Assembly (NCBI GenBank): GCA_963627065.1
Contig: CAVGAA010000001.1
Location: 71,628 to 135,627, forward strand
From: a bacterium
GTDB taxonomy: Bacteria > Bacillota > Clostridia > Oscillospirales > CAG-272
Reading direction: 5' to 3'
Length of the DNA stretch: 64,000 nucleotides
Shown here piece by piece: positions 38,255 to 44,825 of this stretch. Every line of letters begins with the position of its first letter. Position 1 is the first letter of the stretch. The translations under genes were made by a program, and so were the position numbers. The notes beneath the pieces were generated by a model that had not been told where the DNA came from, did not search any database, and saw only the letters and a list, made by a program, of their open reading frames with translations.

Positions 38255-39532
38255 ATGAATTATTGGATTTTGGGGTTAGGTGCTGTTGCGCAATGTTTTT
38301 TAAAACTTTTATGTGCTAACGAATCAATAGATGCTTCACATGTATATTGCATCGAGCCTGATTGCAAAAAAGTCTCAATTTTTGTAAAATTAGGTTTTAT
38401 TAAAAAAAACTTTATATGCAATGCGTTAAATAGATATAATTATGCAACGGTTTTACAATCATTGATTCCAAAGGATTATTGTATCGATTTTTCTAGTTTA
38501 ACCAATTCTAAAGATTTACTAGTTTTTTGTGCGAAAAAGAAAGTTCATTACCTTTCCGTAGCAGATACTTTTTGGAAAGATGAGTCAGAGAATTTCGGAG
38601 CAAGCCACATGGATTATTTGAATATAATTTCTTCTTTTCCTAATAATCCAACGTCGATTATACAATTTGGTATGAATCCAGGATTGGTTTCATCATTTGC
38701 AAAGCAAAGCATAAAAATGCTCTGGTCAATCAATACTTTGACAGAATCAAAAAATGCCATTAAGCAGCAGGATGAGTTTTGTATTGCAAAAAAAGCATCA
38801 ATCTTAAATATAAATAAAATTTGTATCTGTGATTGGGACATGCAACATTCCAATCTCAATATTGAGAAAAGCACTATTTACTCGACATGGAACATTGATG
38901 CTTTTGTGAATGAAGCAACAACTCGTCCGGAATATCCTGCAGGCATTCCCAATGACGACAACATGGATGAGATAGTAGATTTTAATCTTAACTATCGAAG
39001 GAAAAATGTTCCTGCTTATGCAGCTATGCATGAATTAGTTTCACCTATAAACAGTACTAATGGCTTTATTATGACGCATGAAGAAACATACTCTATTGCA
39101 CATTATTTGTCGTATAGAGAATCTGATAAAATAACTTATAGGCCTGAAGTTATATTTGTATACAAACCATGTAATGAATCAATATTTTCTATTAAGAATC
39201 TATTGAAGGCCGGTTTTGATAGATTAGATTCATTTCAAAAACACATTTTAGTTCCTAGAGAAATCATTTCAGGTGGAGAGTATGTAGGGGTAACATTATA
39301 TCAAAATGATATACCTATATTTTACTTCGGAAATGATTGCGAAAAAAGTGGTATAGAAGGCTCTAATATAACTGTATTTCAAGTCGCTGTTTCGTGTTTT
39401 GCTGCATTGAAATACATAGAAACGCATGCGGATTTTGGAATACTTTTCCCGGAAGATGTTGATGATGATTTTATTATCGATATTGTTCGTCAATTTATGA
39501 GGTTGAATTATGGATTTATTAAAAAAGCATAA
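38255..39532 (+). CDS. Saccharopine-dehydrogenase / homospermidine-synthase-like NAD(P)-binding protein
   Basis: N-terminal ILGLGAVAQ Rossmann loop. FGMNPGLVSSFAKQSI resembles the GANPGLVSHFVKQA motif recalled for homospermidine synthases. It starts 1 nt after the preceding stop. Confidence 0.5.
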   Translation: MNYWILGLGAVAQCFLKLLCANESIDASHVYCIEPDCKKVSIFVKLGFIKKNFICNALNRYNYATVLQSLIPKDYCIDFSSLTNSKDLLVFCAKKKVHYLSVADTFWKDESENFGASHMDYLNIISSFPNNPTSIIQFGMNPGLVSSFAKQSIKMLWSINTLTESKNAIKQQDEFCIAKKASILNINKICICDWDMQHSNLNIEKSTIYSTWNIDAFVNEATTRPEYPAGIPNDDNMDEIVDFNLNYRRKNVPAYAAMHELVSPINSTNGFIMTHEETYSIAHYLSYRESDKITYRPEVIFVYKPCNESIFSIKNLLKAGFDRLDSFQKHILVPREIISGGEYVGVTLYQNDIPIFYFGNDCEKSGIEGSNITVFQVAVSCFAALKYIETHADFGILFPEDVDDDFIIDIVRQFMRLNYGFIKKA

Positions 39533-39743
39533 ATGTTCTCATTGCAGAGGAGCTGGTAAAATATTTTGTTACGAATGTAGGGGAACTGGAGGAATTAGCA
39601 ATTTTGAATTGCATGATCATGAAGGAAATTCATCGCTTTTTGATGGTGAATTATTAGACCGGTTGTGTTCCATATGTTTTGGCACTGGCAAAATTGTTTG
39701 TAAAGTTTGTAACGGAACAGGAAAAAGTTGTAGACTGTGTTAA
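39510..39743 (+). CDS. Small DnaJ-CR-type zinc-finger protein (4x CxxCxGxG, 77 aa)
   Basis: CSHCRGAG, CYECRGTG, CSICFGTG and CKVCNGTG, plus a terminal CRLC. GAGG SD lies upstream and the gene overlaps the previous gene by 23 nt. Confidence 0.7.
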   Translation: MDLLKKHKCSHCRGAGKIFCYECRGTGGISNFELHDHEGNSSLFDGELLDRLCSICFGTGKIVCKVCNGTGKSCRLC

Positions 39744-39782
39744 TCCACAGATTCTATAAATATAAAAGAAAGGAGAAAAATT

Positions 39783-39911
39783 ATGGAAAAAATGTCTTAT
39801 AGTGCTCCCGTCCTTGAAGAGGTTACTGAGATGGTCTTCACAAAAGAAGTTTGGGAAGAATTTAACAGTGGTCGCTGGTGCTTTGGTTGCTCTAATTGCA
39901 ATTGCAACTAA
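39783..39911 (+). CDS. Candidate RiPP precursor peptide (42 aa), not in the ORF track
   Basis: AAAGGAG lies 7 nt before the ATG. Own translation: MEKMSYSAPVLEEVTEMVFTKEVWEEFNSGRWCFGCSNCNCN*. It has an acidic leader-like N-terminus and four Cys in the last 10 residues, and is the last gene of the island operon. Confidence 0.7.
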   Translation: MEKMSYSAPVLEEVTEMVFTKEVWEEFNSGRWCFGCSNCNCN

Positions 39912-39937
39912 AGTAGAATTTTAAGATTTAGGACGGG

Positions 39938-39990
39938 GATGCCATTCCTGATATATAGAGATATGTATCGGGGATGGTATCTTTGCATTT
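39938..39990 (+). terminator. Possible operon terminator after the precursor ORF
   Basis: GATGCCAT (39938-39945) pairs with ATGGTATC (39974-39981) with one G-U pair, followed by TTTGCATTTT. The loop is long, so this call is weak. Confidence 0.3.
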
Positions 39991-40889
39991 TACTTTTTCT
40001 CTTTGTACAACCGGTATTGCACGGGACTCATACCGTTCAGATTCATTTAAATTCTTTCGTTGTTGTAGTACGCAATGTACTCCTCCAATTTCTCAATGAA
40101 TCCCCGAGGGGATTCAAATTTTTCGCCGTAAAACATCTCAACTTTCAGCCGTCCGAAGAAATTTTCCATGACACTGTTGTCAAGGCAATTCCCTTTCCGT
40201 GACATACTCTGCGTGATGTGATGCTCGGCGAGAAGCCTCTGGTACTCGGGGTGCTGGTACTGCCAGCCTTGGTCGGAATGGAACAGCGGTCTTGCATCCG
40301 GCGGGAGTTTTTCGAACAATCCTGCCAACATATCCTTGACTTGTTGCAGGTTGGGACTCAGGGAAATAGTGTAGGCGAGGACCTCACGGTTAAATAAATC
40401 GAGGACGAGCGAGAGGTAGATTCTTACATCGAAGACCTTAAACTCCGTGATGTCTGTTGTTATCTTTTCGAACGGCTTATCTGCGTGAAAATCCCTGTTC
40501 AGCACGTTGTCGGCAGTCTTTCCGATCGTGCCTTTGTAGGAATTATAACTGCCGTTTTTGCTCTGTTTTCCCTTCAAACCGAGCATTTTCATCAGTTTCA
40601 GGACGGTTTTGTGGTTGATTTTGAAGTTTTCTGACCGCATGACAGCCAAGATTCGTCTGTAACCGTATCTGCCTTTGTTGTCGTCGAAGATTTTCTTGAT
40701 TGCCGTTTTTTCCTCTTGGTACTTGTCCTTGCCTTTTTGTTTCAGGTAATAGTAGAACGTACTCCTTGCCATTCCGGAAACAGCCAGCAGATCTTTCAGC
40801 GGAAACCATTGCCTCAGCTCAGCAGGTAAGGTCACATCCGGAAGCTCCGAGTACACCGAATAAACGGAATCTTTCCCGTCGGTCGTCAC
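39990..40889 (-). pseudogene. IS3-family transposase OrfB (integrase core) with a premature stop
   Basis: RSTFYYY, GYRRI, HSDQGWQY and GNCLDNSVMENFFG motifs. TAA at 40049-40047 interrupts ...YYNNERI*MNLNGMSPVQYRLYKEKK*, cutting off the conserved SPxxYR tail. Confidence 0.75.
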
Positions 40890-40934
40890 GAAACTCCTTG
40901 TTCGTAGCTACGGCTACGACCTGCGTCCTTTCAT

Positions 40935-41427
40935 TTAGACCGGCAGAAAATCTTCTCGCCCCTCGTCGCACTCTCTGCTTTCGGGTGTGACCTTTGAACG
41001 CTTTTTCCCGTTCTTTTGCTCGTCCGCTCGAACTAAGGCATCTAATTTTTTTAGGTATTCGTTTTCGATTCTGAGACGCAGATTTTCCGATGCCATTGCT
41101 TTGATTTCGTCCTCGGTCTGAGGGACATAAATCTCGCCCGATTTGCCTTGTTTCTTGCTTTCCTCAATAGTTGATTCTTTGATCTTTTTGAGATCCTTGA
41201 AAGCCTTTTCTCTCCGTTCTTCCATGAGACCTTTTTCGCCTTCCTCTTTGAATATGCGTTCCCATCGCTTAACCGTTTCGGTGTACCGACCTTCGCAACC
41301 TTTGGAATTTTTCCAATATTTGCGGACGGTTTCCTTGTAGCCGAGTCCGTGTTCCAGCATATCCATTATAACACGGATTTTGAAATTTGTCGAGTACTTT
41401 TTGTTTTTTTCTTTTGCCTTTTTTCAT
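40935..41427 (-). pseudogene. IS3-family OrfA (HTH) with a 1-nt frameshift just after its start codon
   Basis: ATG at 41427 follows AAGGAG but is +1 relative to the frame encoding KKAKEKNKKYSTNFKIRVIMDMLEHGLGYKETVRKY. The shift lies in the A6 run after the ATG. Confidence 0.7.
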
Positions 41428-41541
41428 GTTTTTCTGCTCCTTTTAGGTTGATTGTAACCTGCCTTGAAAAGTTTGACATTAAGTGTCTAACTTTTGGGGT
41501 GCAGAACAAAACTGATTTTTAGATGTGCCCTATAGAACCAA

Positions 41542-41569
41542 AGCAGGCAACGCCACCGCACTGCCTGCT
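41542..41569 (-). terminator. Hairpin terminator after the MutS-like gene
   Basis: AGCAGGCA/TGCCTGCT 8-bp stem with a 12-nt loop, followed by a T-rich tail on the minus strand. The IS3 end (41508) lies just beyond it. Confidence 0.5.
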
Positions 41570-41585
41570 GATAAAGACTGAAAAA

Positions 41586-43190
41586 TCATTCCTGAATCCG
41601 TTTCAAAATTGCATCGTAAGTCAAACCGTAACTCTGTGCAATGTCACGGGCATAACTCTTGCCGTCCGGTTTTGCACGGCGAATTTTGAAGGACCGTTTT
41701 CCGCCGGTTTCCATTCCGGCAACCAAGGTATCAATCGGAACACCACCGCTTGTACGGGACTTTTTGTCGAGTTCTTCAATTTCCGCCGCCAGCTCGTGCA
41801 GGTGTGTCGAAAACAGACATCTGCAACCGATATGAGCCAAACCGGATAATACCTCCGCCGCAATGTAGGAAGCCTCATAACTTCCGGTCGAGGATAGTGA
41901 TTCGTCAAGCAAAACCAAACTGTGCGATGTCACGCAATCGATAATTTCACTCAGCCTTGCACACTCCTCGCCGAGTCGCCCTTTGTCAATCGTGTCTTCC
42001 GCACCGGTCGGGAAATGCGTGTAAATGCCGTCAACGGGGGACACGGCAATTTTTTCGGCAGGCAGATACATACCGAGTTGCAACATTACCTGTGCCAGCC
42101 CGACGGCACAGGTGATAACCGATTTACCGCCACGGTTCGGACCGGACAACACATAAATGGTCGCATTTTCGTCAAATTTAATGTCGTTCGGAACGATTTC
42201 GTCTTCGATTTTGAGTGCCACGCACGGATTGTACAGTCCCACGGCATCAAAGGCTTTTTCGCCCAACGGACGGATGTCCGGAGCGGTGAGGGGACATCCT
42301 TTCTCACGCAGTTTTTGCATCATCTGCGTACCACGCACCAAAAATTCAAATTCCGGCATTAAGTTGAGCAAAAATTCGGTATTTTCCAAAACATAGGTCT
42401 GGACGATTTTTTTCCAAGAGCGGAGCGAAGATTTGTAAACCTCATTGATCGCACTGTTGAATGCGAGCGAGAGAGCCATTTTTTGATTTTCGGATTGCTT
42501 TTTACCGAACGGAACGAGATTCGCAATGCAGGTATATTCGTCGTTTTTGAAATTCAAACGGAGAATTTTGTCCAACACGTCCCCCGACTTGAACGGTTCG
42601 GAATTGACCGACAAAACACCGGCGGACGAGGGGCGAAGTTGTGCATCGAGATTGACACCGACCGTCACGCTCCGAATCTCTCTCACACGCTGTGTCAATT
42701 CCGACAGTTTGCGGTTGAGTTCCCGATAATAATCGCTTTCCGCCAACTGCGTTACAAGATCGGACAGTGCAGTGAAAGCAGGGCTTTTCAACTGTCCTTT
42801 GACAGCCGTCAGGGACGAATGCAGAACATCGACGCTCGAAACGTACAACTCAATTTCGGTAATGCTCGAAAGGTAGTCGTTCGTATCACCGCTGTCGGCT
42901 TCCAGACGCCGTAATTCCATAATATCGTTCAAAACCGGAACCAAACGGTTCATCATATCGGTAAGTTCCGTGTGATTCAGCATATCGTCGAATGTTGCAA
43001 TTCTGTATTGCATCACACGGGGATCGGTTGTAAAGAAAGAAGACAAATCGCCGTTTTTGAGCGACAGAACTTCTGTCAGTCCCAATTCTTGCAAAGTAAA
43101 CAAATCAATGTCCGGAACGTCCGCACCGTTCTCGTGGCGTTTGCGGGATTCCTCGTCCGGATAAATCAAACTGAAATTGTGAAAATCCAT
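41586..43190 (-). CDS. MutS-related ATPase (MutS domain V only; no mismatch-recognition domain)
   Basis: Walker A GPNRGGKSV, then LVLLDESLSSTG and STHLHELA. Start at MDFHNF (43190) follows AAGGAG. Confidence 0.8.
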   Translation of the reverse strand: MDFHNFSLIYPDEESRKRHENGADVPDIDLFTLQELGLTEVLSLKNGDLSSFFTTDPRVMQYRIATFDDMLNHTELTDMMNRLVPVLNDIMELRRLEADSGDTNDYLSSITEIELYVSSVDVLHSSLTAVKGQLKSPAFTALSDLVTQLAESDYYRELNRKLSELTQRVREIRSVTVGVNLDAQLRPSSAGVLSVNSEPFKSGDVLDKILRLNFKNDEYTCIANLVPFGKKQSENQKMALSLAFNSAINEVYKSSLRSWKKIVQTYVLENTEFLLNLMPEFEFLVRGTQMMQKLREKGCPLTAPDIRPLGEKAFDAVGLYNPCVALKIEDEIVPNDIKFDENATIYVLSGPNRGGKSVITCAVGLAQVMLQLGMYLPAEKIAVSPVDGIYTHFPTGAEDTIDKGRLGEECARLSEIIDCVTSHSLVLLDESLSSTGSYEASYIAAEVLSGLAHIGCRCLFSTHLHELAAEIEELDKKSRTSGGVPIDTLVAGMETGGKRSFKIRRAKPDGKSYARDIAQSYGLTYDAILKRIQE

Positions 43191-43289
43191 TTGGCGGAAA
43201 CTCCTTTTGGAAATACATATCTGAAACACATATCCATATTATTATAGCATATTTTTTGCGTAAAATCTACTCTTTTTTGCAATTTTTTC

Positions 43290-43318
43290 TTGAAATTGCC
43301 TGCAAAATATGATATGAT
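43290..43318 (+). promoter_or_regulatory. Sigma-A-type promoter of the 43347 gene
   Basis: TTGAAA (43290-43295), a 17-nt spacer, then TATGAT (43313-43318). Confidence 0.5.
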
Positions 43319-43346
43319 ATTATGGTATGTAAGATATTGAAAAAAG

Positions 43347-44114
43347 GTGGCGGTCGGTTTGACAAACATAACGGAATATTTCGGGCGGAATTTTCTGTCT
43401 GAATTGTCAACGCTTGGCGGTTACGGGACGGGCGGATCGGACTACGAACTTTTCCGAGCCTTTTGCAGGTCCTGCGTGCAGAATCAAACCTCGCCCGATG
43501 CGGATTTCGTGCGGAAAAATCTCCGTGCCTCTCTTCAAATCGATGTGCCGATTGATATCGCACACTGTGACGAAATCTGGCAAGAAACCGCCGAAAAACT
43601 GCTTGTAAACAGTTATATGCAACCGCTCGAAACGCCGGATTTACCACTGCCGAATCTTCCCGAATATTTCGGAAATCTGATTGACTGTCCGCCACTCGAA
43701 AATGCGGACGGATGGACAAAATGGAAAGCCGAAACCAACGAAAAAATCTCAAATTTTGATGCCGTGCAAGTCAGACTGCCGTCCGATTTTGTGGCAAAAA
43801 AGCCGAATCTGTGGCAGGTAGAACAACTCCTCACCGGCAAAATCGAAGATGATAATCTCGCACGTTCACAACAGATTTTTTATCTGTCAAGCGTTTGTTC
43901 CGAGAAAATACGACTTTGCCTTGAAACCGAATGCACGGTGACAGAAGTCTTCAAAATTTTGTCTTACATTGCCTTGCGACAAGGATCAATTCCGCCGATT
44001 TGCTGGAAGTGGTCGGAACAAACTGCCCCGACAAGAAATATTCTCGTATCGGTTGCAAAACTTGTCAAAACATCGGTCGGCGTTCCGCCGATCATGACTT
44101 TTGTCGAAATTTAG
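43347..44114 (+). CDS. Hypothetical protein, family not recognised
   Basis: 255-aa ORF. The start is GTG at 43347 or, more likely, TTG at 43359, which is 8 nt after AAGGTGG. Confidence 0.5.
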   Translation: MAVGLTNITEYFGRNFLSELSTLGGYGTGGSDYELFRAFCRSCVQNQTSPDADFVRKNLRASLQIDVPIDIAHCDEIWQETAEKLLVNSYMQPLETPDLPLPNLPEYFGNLIDCPPLENADGWTKWKAETNEKISNFDAVQVRLPSDFVAKKPNLWQVEQLLTGKIEDDNLARSQQIFYLSSVCSEKIRLCLETECTVTEVFKILSYIALRQGSIPPICWKWSEQTAPTRNILVSVAKLVKTSVGVPPIMTFVEI

Positions 44115-44123
44115 AAATAGCTT

Positions 44124-44627
44124 TTAATTGTCCCAATCGAATTGCGTCAATTTTCCGGCGGTCTGTAACCCATCAAAATTGCTCTGTCTCAAGACCTCGT
44201 AAACCGCAATCGCCACCGAATTCGAAAGGTTTAATGACCGCAATCCCTCCCGCATCGGAAGTCTTACGCAACGGTCGGGATTGTCGTGCAGAAAATTCTC
44301 CGGTAAACCTTTTGTTTCCTTTCCGAAGAACAGATACACGGGTTTCGGGTAGGTGATTTCGGTATACAGATGCTTTGCCTTTGTTGAAAAACAGTAGAAA
44401 TCCGCATCGGGATGCTTGGCGAAAAAGTCTTCCAAACCGTCATAATAGGTTATGTCGAGATAATGCCAATAATCCAATCCGGCACGCTTGAGTTTTCTGT
44501 CGTCAATCTCAAAGCCGAGCGGTTTGATGAGGTGGAGCGATGCACCGGTCGCGGCACAGGTCCTTGCAATATTTCCGGTATTCTGCGGAATTTCCGGCTC
44601 GTGAAGTACAATGTTGATATTGTTCAT
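44124..44627 (-). CDS. trmL: tRNA (cytidine/uridine-34 2'-O)-methyltransferase, SpoU/TrmL family
   Basis: VLHEPEIPQNTGNIARTCAATGASLHLIKPLGF...LNLSNSVAIAVYE. Confidence 0.9.
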   Translation of the reverse strand: MNNINIVLHEPEIPQNTGNIARTCAATGASLHLIKPLGFEIDDRKLKRAGLDYWHYLDITYYDGLEDFFAKHPDADFYCFSTKAKHLYTEITYPKPVYLFFGKETKGLPENFLHDNPDRCVRLPMREGLRSLNLSNSVAIAVYEVLRQSNFDGLQTAGKLTQFDWDN

Positions 44628-44825
44628 AATTTCCTCAAAAACTTATTTTTCTGTCGTAAAGTTATTTTAGAATACCACAATTTTCGGTGCGTTGCAAGTA
44701 TTTTTCATAAAAAAGCATAAAATCCGATAAAATTTACAATTTATAGTACTTTTAGCAAAGAAAATATGCTATAATATTATGATAGTTATCTTTGACGGCA
44801 CCGAGCGGTGCGGAAAGGACGGTTT

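Larger units (their letters stand above)
39990..41508 (-). mobile_element. IS3-family (IS150-group-like) insertion sequence, decayed copy
   Basis: OrfA-like and OrfB-like (DDE) ORFs are present. The orfA-proximal terminal repeat reads TGTTCTGCACCCCAAAAGTTAGACAC on the minus strand and ends at 41508. The other terminal repeat was not recognised. Confidence 0.75.

Noticed and set aside
39912-39989. Expected orfB-side terminal inverted repeat of the IS3-family element
   Set aside because: Nothing here matches TGTTCTGCACCCCAAAAGTTAGACAC. The nearest candidate (TGTATCGGGGATGG...) shares only the first three bases, so the end is treated as lost or diverged.
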